In this document: positions 37,167 to 46,476 of the stretch, in pieces
How the letters are laid out: the number at the start of each line of letters is the position of its first letter
Position numbering within the stretch: position 1 is the first letter of the stretch
Assembly: GCA_023267435.1 (NCBI GenBank)
Contig: JAHFNH010000004.1
Span: forward strand, 1,236 to 65,235
Reading direction: 5' to 3'
Length of the DNA: 64,000 nt
Source of the DNA: Candidatus Nomurabacteria bacterium
Lineage (GTDB): Bacteria > Patescibacteriota > Minisyncoccia > Phycocordibacterales > UBA9973
Notes under the pieces: generated by a model
Databases searched by the model: none
Told to the model about the DNA's origin: nothing
Seen by the model: the letters and a program-made list of their open reading frames with translations, nothing else
Program-made: the position numbers and the translations under genes

Positions 37167-37238
37167 AGGCCTGGGGCGGAATTGAACCGCCGCATAGAGA
37201 TTTTGCAGATCTCTGCCTTACCACTTGGCTACCAGGCC
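37167..37238 (-). tRNA. tRNA-Cys (anticodon GCA)
   Basis: Acceptor GGCCTGG/CCAGGCC, anticodon stem GAGAT/ATCTC, loop CTGCAAA, T-arm GGCGG-TTCAATT-CCGCC. Confidence 0.8.
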
Positions 37239-37268
37239 TAATATTATATTTATACTAACCAACTCATC

Positions 37269-37592
37269 TTACTTTTCTCTCAGCAATTCGTCAATTTTTT
37301 GTCTGTTCTTTTCTCCGCGATCTATCTCAATATCAATAAAAGGAATTGTCTTTACTTCCATATTCTTTTTTAAATAATCTCGCAAGTCTGCTCTTTTGCG
37401 TTTTGCGAAGTCTAATGCATCGTGTTCTTTTGATTCTGGCAGGACTGTGATAAATATAGTTGCGCGTTTCATATCAGGAGAGGTATTACAAGAGGTGACG
37501 GTGATGAGTGAAGTTCTATTATTTTCACGTGCTAAAAATTGAGCTGCGAGCTCTTTGACATATTGCGCTATTTTTTCATTTCTTGGAATCAT
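37269..37592 (-). CDS. rbfA: ribosome-binding factor A
   Basis: RNEKIAQYVKELAAQFLARE...SLITVTSCNTSPDMKRATIFITVL pattern of RbfA. The track start at 37631 overlaps infB; Met 37592 fits the family. Confidence 0.7.
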   Translation of the reverse strand: MIPRNEKIAQYVKELAAQFLARENNRTSLITVTSCNTSPDMKRATIFITVLPESKEHDALDFAKRKRADLRDYLKKNMEVKTIPFIDIEIDRGEKNRQKIDELLREK

Positions 37593-37593
37593 A

Positions 37594-39099
37594 TTATTTT
37601 TGTGTGATTGAGAACGATTCAAGAATATCACCGGATACTATTTCGATCTTTGATTCGATCATAGTACCGAATTCAGATCCTTCTTCGACTTTGCTTGTTT
37701 TCTGTTTACTCTTTTCAAGATTTACTATTTTACCTTTGCCTATTTCGAATTCTCGGCGAATTATTTTTACAGTTTCACCCAGAGAGATGCTTCCTTCGGT
37801 GACTTTTCCGCCGACAACTTGTCTTTCTTTTGTACGACTGAACGCTTTGATTATTTTTGCTCGTCCGGTCGTTTCAACTGTTTCCACTCTTGGGCGTCTT
37901 TTTTCCATTTCTTCTGCAAGCCACTCGGTCATTTTATAAATAATATCAAAGAAAAGAACCGGTATGTTTTGTTTTAACGCTAGGTCATTTGCACCTTTGT
38001 CAGCTTTGACATTGAAACCGATTACGATAATGTCTGAACTTCCTTGAGATGATTTTATATCAGATTCATTGATAGGCCCGACACCTTTTTGAATTATTTT
38101 GAATTCTGCACCATCACTTTTGATTTTACCTATTTCTTTTTCAATCGCTTCAATGGATCCCATGACGTCTGCACGTAAAATTATCGGAATGATTTTTTTA
38201 TCGCTTACTTCTCTTTTTTCAGTTTTTGTTATTTTTCCAGTTAGTATGTCTTTTGCATATTCTTCCGCATCACTTTTCTTTTCAAAAGATTTAAACATTG
38301 CTCCAACTTTGGGAACTTTATTAAAACCAACGAGTCGGACAGGGGAGGAAAATGTAGCATCGTTAACCATCTTACCTAAAAAGTTTTCCATGATGCGGGT
38401 AGAACACAAAGCATCTTCCACTGCCACAGTCATTCCTTTTTTGAGTTTTCCATCCTTGATTACTAAAGTTGCTTGAACTCCACGTTTTGAATCCAAATTT
38501 GCTTCTATCACATAACCACTTGCTCCTTCTTCAGTGTTTGCTGTGAAATTTTCCATCTCAGCAAGTAAAAGAATAAGAGTTAAAAGATTATCTACACCAG
38601 TGCCTACTTTGGCAGATATTTCTGCGACAGGTGTTTTACCTCCATAACCCTCAATATATATTTCATTTTCTGCGAGCTCCATTTTTGTTTTTTCAATATT
38701 GGCTGCTGGTCTGTCGATTTTATTAATAGCAACGATAAATGGAATCTTGCTTTCCAGAATTGTTTTGTAAGCTTCCACTGTTTGTGGTTTTACTCCGTCT
38801 TCAGCTGAGACGACTAAGATAGCAATATCAGCAGCTTCTGCTCCGCGTTCGCGCATTTTGGAAAAAGCTTCGTGACCGGGAGTATCTAGGAATGTTATTT
38901 TTTTATCTTTGCCGTGCTCATCTTTATGAACAACTTCATAAGCGGAAATATGCTGGGTAATTCCTCCAGCTTCACGGTCTACTATATTTGTCTTTCGAAT
39001 ATAATCCAACAATGTAGATTTACCGTGGTCGATATGACCCATAACCACCACGATTGGCGGACGCTCTGTTATATTTGTTTTTTCTTTTGAATCTTTCAT
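37594..39099 (-). CDS. infB: translation initiation factor IF-2 (short form lacking the N-terminal domains)
   Basis: G-domain GHIDHGKSTLLD, DTPGHEAF, NKID. C-terminal beta-barrel domains. 501 aa. Confidence 0.9.
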   Translation of the reverse strand: MKDSKEKTNITERPPIVVVMGHIDHGKSTLLDYIRKTNIVDREAGGITQHISAYEVVHKDEHGKDKKITFLDTPGHEAFSKMRERGAEAADIAILVVSAEDGVKPQTVEAYKTILESKIPFIVAINKIDRPAANIEKTKMELAENEIYIEGYGGKTPVAEISAKVGTGVDNLLTLILLLAEMENFTANTEEGASGYVIEANLDSKRGVQATLVIKDGKLKKGMTVAVEDALCSTRIMENFLGKMVNDATFSSPVRLVGFNKVPKVGAMFKSFEKKSDAEEYAKDILTGKITKTEKREVSDKKIIPIILRADVMGSIEAIEKEIGKIKSDGAEFKIIQKGVGPINESDIKSSQGSSDIIVIGFNVKADKGANDLALKQNIPVLFFDIIYKMTEWLAEEMEKRRPRVETVETTGRAKIIKAFSRTKERQVVGGKVTEGSISLGETVKIIRREFEIGKGKIVNLEKSKQKTSKVEEGSEFGTMIESKIEIVSGDILESFSITQK

Positions 39100-39146
39100 T
39101 TGATTTATTTTATAGCCTAGCTACGAATTTACTAATTCGAATCACG

Positions 39147-39620
39147 CTAGGCGTGAACTTCTGCTCTTTTAAGAGTTTCTTTTTCTTCCGCCGTTAATTC
39201 ATATTCTGATTTTCCTTTTTTAACAGGCTTGGCGAATACACTCATGCGTTCACGGGAATATAAACTTGAAATAACCACACCATCGCCTTCTTCGTTTAAT
39301 AATCCAATTGCAAAACTTTGATTACTGCCTTGGTCAGGGAATGGATTGAAGCGCACAGTCTCAAGTCCGCGAATACTTTTCTTGAGTTTTGAATTTATTA
39401 AGACTAACTCTTTCTCGTGTTCTTCTTTTGATTTTTTTAACTTAGCAATGTCACTCTCTAGAGCAATAATAGTATCTTCCAAATCTTTAGCCTTTTTGCC
39501 GATAAAAAATCTTTTCAAGCGTTTTTCGGTTTTAATAACCCAAATAACGCCGACAATGATGGCGATCCCAGTTAAAACAAAAAAAGCCAAGAAAATAATA
39601 TTGTCGAGCTTTATATTCAT
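39147..39620 (-). CDS. membrane-anchored protein, DUF4446-like
   Basis: N-terminal TM, coiled coil, RFNPFPDQGSNQSFAIGLLNEEGDGVVISSL motif. Confidence 0.3.
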   Translation of the reverse strand: MNIKLDNIIFLAFFVLTGIAIIVGVIWVIKTEKRLKRFFIGKKAKDLEDTIIALESDIAKLKKSKEEHEKELVLINSKLKKSIRGLETVRFNPFPDQGSNQSFAIGLLNEEGDGVVISSLYSRERMSVFAKPVKKGKSEYELTAEEKETLKRAEVHA

Positions 39621-39644
39621 GCCTTTTCAATATATACTATTTTT

Positions 39645-40868
39645 ATGGTTAAATCAAACAAAATATATATGGATTACGCCAGTGGCGCTTGTTCAGATCC
39701 AGCCAACCCGGGGGCTATCCATGAATTTGGAGTAAAAGCAAAGAAAAGATTGAATGAAGCAAGAGAAGAAATTGCTGGAATTTTAGGCGCGCATTCTGAT
39801 GAAATAATTTTTACCTCTGGAGCAACTGAAAGTAACAATTTGGTGATTTTAGGTGTTTTGAAAAAGTATCTTCAAAATTTTTCCCATTTGCCACACATTG
39901 TAACTACCAACATAGAACACGCATCCGTATTGGAAGTTTGTAAATATTTAGAGAAAACAAAACAAGCAGAGATAACTTTTGTGCCAGTTGAATCAAACGG
40001 AATAGTTTCTCCAGAAAAAATAAAAAAAGCGTTGAAAAAAAATACTATTTTAGTTTCTGTGATGTATGCGAATAATGAAATTGGCACAATCCAACCAATA
40101 CGAGAAATTGCAAAAGAAATTAGGCACTTTAGGAAAACGAAAAATTCAGCAGAATTTTCTCGGGTCCTCGGAAGGGGGTCAGCCAGACCACTCGAAAATT
40201 CTCTGAATTTCTCGTTTCCCATTTTTCATACTGATGCTACTCAGGCGATAAATTATTTGCCGATCAATGTCGAGAAGCTCGGTGTTGATTTGTTATCCTT
40301 CAATGGATTAAAAATTTACGGACCGAGCGGTGTTGGAGTTTTGTATGAAAAAAGGAATACGCCCATCAGTAGTATTATGTTTGGTGGTGATCAAGAAAGA
40401 GGATTGAGACCCGGAACAGAAAATATTAATGGAATTATTGCTTTGGCTAAAGCTTTGAAAATTACTGAACAAATAAAAGATAAAGAAGTAAAACGCTTAA
40501 CCAAGCTTCGAGATTATTTTACTAAAAAATTATTAAAATTTAATTTTGTTGTTAATGGTAGTTTGGAAAATAGATTACCCAATAATATAAATATCACTAT
40601 TCCAAAAACCCCGAGTGATCTTTTAGTAATAGAACTTTCAGCAAAGGGAATTATGGCTTCTGTAAAAAGCGCTTGTAAGTCTGGCGATGAAAAATCTTCT
40701 CATGTCATACAAGCTATTCGTGAAGCGAAAACAGGGAAGTCTTTGTTGGATAAAGAAGTAGACGGATCTATTAGATTTTCTCTGGGCAGACAGACGACTA
40801 AGGCTGATATTGATTACACAGTTAAAGCTTTGTCTCAAATTTTGACTAAACTAAAAAAATGGTACTAA
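39645..40868 (+). CDS. cysteine desulfurase (IscS/NifS, class V aminotransferase) with an internal palindromic-element insertion
   Basis: TSGATESNN, HASVLE, FHTDATQA, SFNGLKIYGP (PLP-Lys) motifs. An extra ~30-aa segment (FRKTKNSAEFSRVLGRGSARPLENSLNFSFP) sits between the conserved EIRH and FHTDATQ. Confidence 0.8.
   Translation: MVKSNKIYMDYASGACSDPANPGAIHEFGVKAKKRLNEAREEIAGILGAHSDEIIFTSGATESNNLVILGVLKKYLQNFSHLPHIVTTNIEHASVLEVCKYLEKTKQAEITFVPVESNGIVSPEKIKKALKKNTILVSVMYANNEIGTIQPIREIAKEIRHFRKTKNSAEFSRVLGRGSARPLENSLNFSFPIFHTDATQAINYLPINVEKLGVDLLSFNGLKIYGPSGVGVLYEKRNTPISSIMFGGDQERGLRPGTENINGIIALAKALKITEQIKDKEVKRLTKLRDYFTKKLLKFNFVVNGSLENRLPNNINITIPKTPSDLLVIELSAKGIMASVKSACKSGDEKSSHVIQAIREAKTGKSLLDKEVDGSIRFSLGRQTTKADIDYTVKALSQILTKLKKWY
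40132..40219. repeat. palindromic element (arms ggaaaacgaaaaattcagcagaattttctcg / cgaaaattctctgaatttctcgtttcc, GC-rich core) in frame inside the cysteine desulfurase gene
   Basis: 27 of 31 arm positions are complementary. The core cctcggaag...ccactcgaaaattct resembles the uvrC copy. Confidence 0.75.
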
Positions 40869-40890
40869 AGTACTGCGATTTCTACAATCC

Positions 40891-40919
40891 TTGAGGGATT
40901 AAGAAATCGGGAGTATAAT
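40891..40919 (+). promoter_or_regulatory. promoter TTGAGG-17-TATAAT, 7 nt upstream of the ATG (leaderless mRNA likely)
   Basis: The -10 ends at 40919; the ATG is at 40927. Confidence 0.45.
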
Positions 40920-40926
40920 TAAAACT

Positions 40927-41736
40927 ATGGACATTCAAGATTTAAATAAAACACAACTAATACTATTAGCTTTACTTTTAAGTTTCGTTACTTCGATCGC
41001 GACAGGTATAACGACTGTGACTTTAATGCAACAAGCTCCAGCATCCGTGACTGTGCCTATTAATAGAATTATCAGACAAACAGTTGAAAAGATTGTGCCA
41101 GCAGAAATAGGAAAGCCAGCAGTGCAGACAATAGTCATAAAAGAAGAAGATTTAGTGGTGGATGCAATTGCAAAAAATCAATCCGCTATTTTTTCAATAA
41201 TCAAAGAGACGACCGATGGGTCTGGTCTTGTTACTGAAGTTTCTGCCGGTAGAGGATTTGTTATTTCAACTGACGGTATGATTGTAGCCGATGCGGCATT
41301 GGTGCCGGATAAGGAGGTCTATTACGTAAGCAATGATTCAGGAAAATTTAAAGCAGATTTTGTTTCTGCTAAAGATGGATTTTCATTTTTAAAAATAGGC
41401 GCACCGTTGGATGAAAAAAATAAAGTGTCGTTTGCAGTGCCAACTTTCGGTGATATTAAAAATATGAAAATAGGACAAAAAGTGATAACACTAGGGAGTT
41501 CGATATCTTCATTTATTTATGACGGATCGAAAGATCTTAAATTGAATGTTACAAAATCAAATGCAGGAGGCATGATACTCGACCTTGATGGAGATGTTCT
41601 TGGCATTGCTTTGTCTGGTGAGACTGCATCCTTTGCTTCAATTTCTACTATTACTGATGCGTTAAAAACAGCAACGATAGTAACACCAGTATCAACAGGC
41701 GCAGCGGCAGCGATAGAGGCTCCAAAAGTACAGTAG
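40927..41736 (+). CDS. membrane-anchored trypsin/HtrA-like domain protein with a degenerate catalytic triad (pseudo-protease)
   Basis: GRGFVISTDGMIVADAALV aligns with the GSGFII.dGyIlTNaHVv of HtrA but lacks the His. NAGGMILDLDGDVLGIAL sits in the place of GNSGGPL, with the Ser replaced. Confidence 0.4.
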   Translation: MDIQDLNKTQLILLALLLSFVTSIATGITTVTLMQQAPASVTVPINRIIRQTVEKIVPAEIGKPAVQTIVIKEEDLVVDAIAKNQSAIFSIIKETTDGSGLVTEVSAGRGFVISTDGMIVADAALVPDKEVYYVSNDSGKFKADFVSAKDGFSFLKIGAPLDEKNKVSFAVPTFGDIKNMKIGQKVITLGSSISSFIYDGSKDLKLNVTKSNAGGMILDLDGDVLGIALSGETASFASISTITDALKTATIVTPVSTGAAAAIEAPKVQ

Positions 41737-41737
41737 C

Positions 41738-41765
41738 TTGACATTTAGTCTGTTTATTTTATTAT
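41738..41765 (+). promoter_or_regulatory. sigma70-type promoter TTGACA-16-TATTAT for clpB
   Basis: Consensus -35. Overlaps the stop codon of the upstream gene. Confidence 0.5.
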
Positions 41766-41782
41766 CTAGTATCTAAAAACAT

Positions 41783-44479
41783 ATGCCACCATTAACCAGA
41801 TTTACAACTAAAGCTAAAGATGCGATAAAAAAAGCTCACGAGCTGGCTATTGAACGCGGGCAAAATCACGTTTCTTCAATGCATTTACTAGCGGCACTCT
41901 TATTACAAGAAGAAAGCATGGTGAATTCTATTTTAGATAAAATGGAAATAGATACTATGCTTTTGACTGATTCCGTATTAGAAGCGATTGAATCACCTGA
42001 AGCACAGACAACGATGTCTGCTTCGTATCAGATTTATCTCAATCCTGACTTGGCTCAGTCTATCGAGCATTCAGTGAAAATGGCGGAATCTTTAAAAGAT
42101 GAATTTGTTTCAACTGAGCATCTTTTTATTGCTATGCTCGATGTGCCCAGCGAGGCGCGCGAGACTTTAGCGAGATTTAGAATTCATAAAGATTTAGTGA
42201 TGAAGATTTTGGAAGAACTTCGCAGTCAAAATATTACCGACACGACAGAGACAAAAAAGTTTCGTTTACTTTCGAAATATACTCGCAATTTAACCAAACT
42301 TGCGAAAGAAGATAAGCTTGATCCAGTCATTGGGCGTGATAATGAAATTATGCGCATAATGCAGATTTTATCTCGACGAACAAAAAACAATCCTATCTTG
42401 ATAGGCGAAGCGGGGACTGGTAAGACTGCTGTCGTAGAAGGACTAGCGCAGAGAATTGCTAAGAATGACGTTTCTGAATCTTTGAAAGAAAAAGAACTTG
42501 TTTCTCTTGACTTAGGTTCACTCATTGCCGGTACAAAATATCGCGGAGAATTTGAAGAAAGATTGAAGGGTATTATGAAAGAAATAGAAAGGGCTGATGG
42601 AAAAATAATTCTTTTTATTGATGAGATACACACCATCGTCGGTGCTGGAGGTGCAGAAGGAACGATGGATGCTTCAAATATGTTAAAGCCCGCACTGGCT
42701 CGTGGAGAATTGCGTGCTATTGGAGCGACGACCTTAAAAGAATATCAGAAACATATTGAAAAAGATCCAGCCTTGGCTCGTCGTTTTCAGCCTGTTTATA
42801 TAGATGAACCTTCGTTGGAAGATACGATTGCTATTTTGCGCGGACTGAAAGAAAAATATGAACTTTTTCATGGTGTGCGCATTACTGATGACGCGATACT
42901 TTCAGCTGTTAATTTGAGCACTCGATATATTACAAATAGATTCTTGCCGGATAAAGCTGTCGATTTGATCGATGAAGCTTCTTCTTCATTGAAAATAGCT
43001 CTTGAAAATAAGCCTCCAGTTTTAGAAGAAGCTCATAGAAAAATAATGCGTTTGGAAATTGAAAAAGAAGCATTAAAAAAGGAAAGTGAAGAAAATAAAG
43101 ATGCTAAAATTAGAGTGAAAGATATCGATAAAGAAATAGGAAATTTGCGTGAGAAAACAAAAGAGCTTGAATTAAAATGGCAGAATGAAAAAAATATTGT
43201 TATTGAAATACGTTCTATTAAAAAAGAACTTGAAACTTTACGTTTAGAAGCGGAGAGTGCTGAAATGCGCGCGGATCTTTCTCGTGCGGCAGAAATACGT
43301 TATGGCAAAATTCCTAGTTTGAAAAAAGATCTTGAAACAAAACTTACTCGTTTAAAAAAATTACAGAAGTCTCGCAGAATATTAAAAGAAGAAATTAACG
43401 CTGAGGATATTGCAGAAGTTGTCGCACGTTGGACGGGTATACCACTTGCGAAAATGCTAGAAGAAGAACGCGCGAAGTTGGAAAAAATGGAAGAAGAATT
43501 GCGAAAGCGTGTCATTGGACAAGATGAAGCTATCAAGCGCGTGGCAGATGTTATACGCCGTTCACGAGCTGGAATTTCTGATCCAAATCGTCCGATCGGT
43601 TCCTTCATTTTCTTGGGTCCGACGGGTGTCGGGAAAACAGAGCTTACCAAAGCTTTGGCACAATTTATGTTTAATGATGATAAGGCTCTTATCCGAGTGG
43701 ATATGTCAGAATATATGGAACGTCATTCTATTTCAAAACTTATTGGTTCTCCACCAGGATATGTCGGTTATGATGAATCTGGTCAATTAACAGAATCAGT
43801 CAGACATCGTCCTTATGCGGTGATACTTTTTGATGAAGTTGAAAAAGCGCATCCGGAAGTTTTCAATATGCTTTTGCAAGTTCTTGATGAAGGCAGATTG
43901 ACCGATGGAAAGGGTAGAGTGGTTAATTTCAAAAATACAATTATCATTCTTACATCAAACATCGGTTCTCAATTTATCGATAAGATGGAGTCTATTGGAT
44001 TTTCCAATAATTCAGATAAGCAAAATTACAGCAATATGAAAGAAAAAGTAATGGAAACATTAAAGGACCATTTTCGTCCGGAGTTTTTGAATCGTCTGGA
44101 TGAAACTATTGTCTTCGATGTTTTGCCTGAAGAAGCAATCAGAGAAATTGTGAACTTAAGAATTAAAGTTGTGAAAGAGCGCTTAGCTTCTAAAGATATC
44201 GGATTGGAGATTTCAAATGAAGCTCTCGATTATCTGGCAAAGGAAGGATACAATCCGCATTACGGTGCAAGACCATTAAATCGTCTGATTCAAAATAAAA
44301 TTCTAAATCCTGTAGCCTCATATATTCTTTCTAGTGGAGCAAAGAAAGGTGATGTTGTTCATGTTTCGGTAAAAGCGAGAGAGCTTTTGATTGAAACTAA
44401 AAAAGGGAAAAGCTCGTCCCGCCCTGGCGGGGTAAAAAGTTCTGTGCGAGTTCGGGCTAGTTCTGGAGCTAGGTCATAA
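41783..44479 (+). CDS. clpB: ATP-dependent chaperone ClpB with a ~25-aa basic/Ser-rich C-terminal extension
   Basis: N-domain, two AAA+ modules ([24 protein letters not shown]), long middle coiled coil. The C-terminal [26 protein letters not shown] is encoded by a GC-rich stretch. Confidence 0.92.
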   Translation: MPPLTRFTTKAKDAIKKAHELAIERGQNHVSSMHLLAALLLQEESMVNSILDKMEIDTMLLTDSVLEAIESPEAQTTMSASYQIYLNPDLAQSIEHSVKMAESLKDEFVSTEHLFIAMLDVPSEARETLARFRIHKDLVMKILEELRSQNITDTTETKKFRLLSKYTRNLTKLAKEDKLDPVIGRDNEIMRIMQILSRRTKNNPILIGEAGTGKTAVVEGLAQRIAKNDVSESLKEKELVSLDLGSLIAGTKYRGEFEERLKGIMKEIERADGKIILFIDEIHTIVGAGGAEGTMDASNMLKPALARGELRAIGATTLKEYQKHIEKDPALARRFQPVYIDEPSLEDTIAILRGLKEKYELFHGVRITDDAILSAVNLSTRYITNRFLPDKAVDLIDEASSSLKIALENKPPVLEEAHRKIMRLEIEKEALKKESEENKDAKIRVKDIDKEIGNLREKTKELELKWQNEKNIVIEIRSIKKELETLRLEAESAEMRADLSRAAEIRYGKIPSLKKDLETKLTRLKKLQKSRRILKEEINAEDIAEVVARWTGIPLAKMLEEERAKLEKMEEELRKRVIGQDEAIKRVADVIRRSRAGISDPNRPIGSFIFLGPTGVGKTELTKALAQFMFNDDKALIRVDMSEYMERHSISKLIGSPPGYVGYDESGQLTESVRHRPYAVILFDEVEKAHPEVFNMLLQVLDEGRLTDGKGRVVNFKNTIIILTSNIGSQFIDKMESIGFSNNSDKQNYSNMKEKVMETLKDHFRPEFLNRLDETIVFDVLPEEAIREIVNLRIKVVKERLASKDIGLEISNEALDYLAKEGYNPHYGARPLNRLIQNKILNPVASYILSSGAKKGDVVHVSVKARELLIETKKGKSSSRPGGVKSSVRVRASSGARS

Positions 44480-44567
44480 ATTTTTACAGTAAAAAAGATG
44501 CAAAAATAATAATTTTATGCTATTTTATAGTCTATGGAAGGTGATCAGTAAATAAATAAAAACTAAT

Positions 44568-44650
44568 GCGTCGGTGGTGGAGTGGTCTATCACAACAGAC
44601 TGTAAATCTGTCGGCTTCGGCCTTCGAAGGTTCGAATCCTTCCCGACGCA
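44568..44650 (+). tRNA. tRNA-Tyr (anticodon GTA)
   Basis: Acceptor GCGTCGG/CCGACGC, anticodon stem ACAGA/TCTGT, loop CTGTAAA, long variable arm. T-arm GAAGG-TTCGAAT-CCTTC is near-identical to E. coli tRNA-Tyr. Confidence 0.85.
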
Positions 44651-44772
44651 CAATTGACAAATAAACTTAATAATGCTATTATTTTAATGTAATAATAGTT
44701 CTTTGATATTTGTTTTTATTGGTTTCCAGAGTAGGTTTATACCTTTTATGGTAACTAATAAAAACTATTCAT

Positions 44773-45264
44773 ATGAAGAAAATTATATGTTTGTTAATTC
44801 TTTGTTTTAATTTTTTATGTGGCCAGTCACAAATTTATGTGACAAAAACAAAAACTTCATCAAATAATAATGGTGATAATTTACATAAAATAGCAAATGA
44901 ATTTTCTAAAGAAGTCGGGAATAAATTAAAAGAATTATATCCCGCTAAGATAAATAATATTTCAGTCAAACTCAAAGTAGTTAATGGAATGTTGAGTCTA
45001 ACTTACATAGCACAAATAATAAAGTGCAATAAACAGGAAGCTCAATATTATTTTGATCACCGAGGAGCATTAAGTGCAAGCAATAAAAAATTAAATGCCC
45101 TTAATAATGCAAAAAGTCGTGTTGAACAACAAAAAACAGAGGTTGTTTTTGAGTTTAAAAAATTTTATAACAACGTGACTGTTGTTTCTCAAAATATTGA
45201 TCAAATAGAATATTCAGGTATGTTTTGGGTAATAAATGAATTATTTATAGCAAGTAGTAAATAA
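44773..45264 (+). CDS. secreted hypothetical protein (very AT-rich)
   Basis: Signal peptide MKKIICLLILCFNFLCGQSQ. No family recognised. Confidence 0.35.
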   Translation: MKKIICLLILCFNFLCGQSQIYVTKTKTSSNNNGDNLHKIANEFSKEVGNKLKELYPAKINNISVKLKVVNGMLSLTYIAQIIKCNKQEAQYYFDHRGALSASNKKLNALNNAKSRVEQQKTEVVFEFKKFYNNVTVVSQNIDQIEYSGMFWVINELFIASSK

Positions 45265-45289
45265 AACAATAATTTTAAAATCACAAATC

Positions 45290-45508
45290 ATGGGAAAGAA
45301 AAATAAAAATTTTCTAAAGGAAATACAAAAAGACCCTGAGCTTTTAGGAATCTATGAAGCCAGAGTAAATGAAAAAGGATCAGTAGAAAAATCATTCAAA
45401 CAGGAAATGAATGATTCTATTAAGCCGACGGATTGGATGAGAGTGAGTAAGTTTGAGTTTGAATTTAACAATTCCGGTTTTACAGGAAAATGCAGATCAG
45501 CAATGTGA
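45290..45508 (+). CDS. hypothetical small protein (72 aa)
   Basis: ORF followed by a strong terminator. Confidence 0.3.
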   Translation: MGKKNKNFLKEIQKDPELLGIYEARVNEKGSVEKSFKQEMNDSIKPTDWMRVSKFEFEFNNSGFTGKCRSAM

Positions 45509-45521
45509 CAAAATTATTATA

Positions 45522-45556
45522 AAAGAGCGACGTAATATTATGTCGCTCTTTTTTAT
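45522..45556 (+). terminator. Rho-independent terminator
   Basis: aagagcgac-gtaatattat-gtcgctctt followed by tttt. Confidence 0.7.
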
Positions 45557-45596
45557 ATACTAACGTTTTTTTTCTAGTCTATGTTATTATGTTTTA

Positions 45597-46454
45597 GTGA
45601 AAAAGTTTTTAATTATAATTTTATTGCTGATAGCCGTCTTAATAATAGGATTTCCAGCTCATACTGTTGAAACACTTAAGACGACAGAAGGTTTTCCAGA
45701 TTATCTTAAAGGTTTACCGAAAGAGCTTTCTGTACAAGAAATTCCATCTAATGAAAAAGTATCAAGTCATTCTATAAGAGTGCCTATTTTGGTTTATCAT
45801 AGTATTAGGCCAGAACGTCCGACTGATACCGATTTTATTAAAAGTTTTAATACCGAGCCTCAATCTTTTGAAAAACAAATGCAATATTTAAAAGATAATG
45901 GCTACTCAGTTGTTTCTTTAAACGATCTTTACGACGCTTTGACTGCCGGTAAAAAATTACCAGAAAAATCAGTTATTCTAAATTTTGATGATGGTTGGCA
46001 AGATCAATACGACAACGCTTTTCCTATTTTGAAAAAATTTAATTATACTGCCACATTTTTTATTTTTTCTAGTGCGCCTGAACATAAATATTTTATGACT
46101 TGGGATGAAATAAAAGAGCTGGATGCTGCTGGTATGACGATAGGCAGTCATACATTGAATCATCCATATCTTGAAAAAATAACCGACGAAAAAGAATTAG
46201 AAAAACAGATTTTTTATGGTAAAAAATCTTTAGAAAAGCATATCGGCAAAACTGCTGATTTATTCGCTTATCCTTTCGGTGAATATAATGATCAAATAAT
46301 AAGTGTGGTAAAAAGTGCCGGTTTTAAAATGGCCAGAAGTATTCACAATGGCAGATATCATAGTTTAGAGGATCTTTATACTATCAAGGCCATTATTACC
46401 AATAGCGATTACAATAGATTTGTAAGAGAATTGGAAAAAGTTACTAAATCGTAA
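45597..46454 (+). CDS. polysaccharide deacetylase (NodB-homology domain), secreted
   Basis: ILNFDDGWQDQYDNAFPILKKFNYTATFFIF...MTIGSHTLNHP NodB motifs. N-terminal signal/TM. Confidence 0.7.
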   Translation: MKKFLIIILLLIAVLIIGFPAHTVETLKTTEGFPDYLKGLPKELSVQEIPSNEKVSSHSIRVPILVYHSIRPERPTDTDFIKSFNTEPQSFEKQMQYLKDNGYSVVSLNDLYDALTAGKKLPEKSVILNFDDGWQDQYDNAFPILKKFNYTATFFIFSSAPEHKYFMTWDEIKELDAAGMTIGSHTLNHPYLEKITDEKELEKQIFYGKKSLEKHIGKTADLFAYPFGEYNDQIISVVKSAGFKMARSIHNGRYHSLEDLYTIKAIITNSDYNRFVRELEKVTKS

Positions 46455-46476
46455 ATATATAGCATATAATATAACT

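Noticed and set aside
36762-37258. Two + strand ORFs (36762-37016, 37067-37258)
   Set aside because: They overlap the minus-strand tRNA-Lys, tRNA-Leu and tRNA-Cys genes and the structured spacer.
39872-40222. 116-aa minus-strand ORF inside the cysteine desulfurase gene
   Set aside because: Same as above: antisense frame kept open by the palindromic element.
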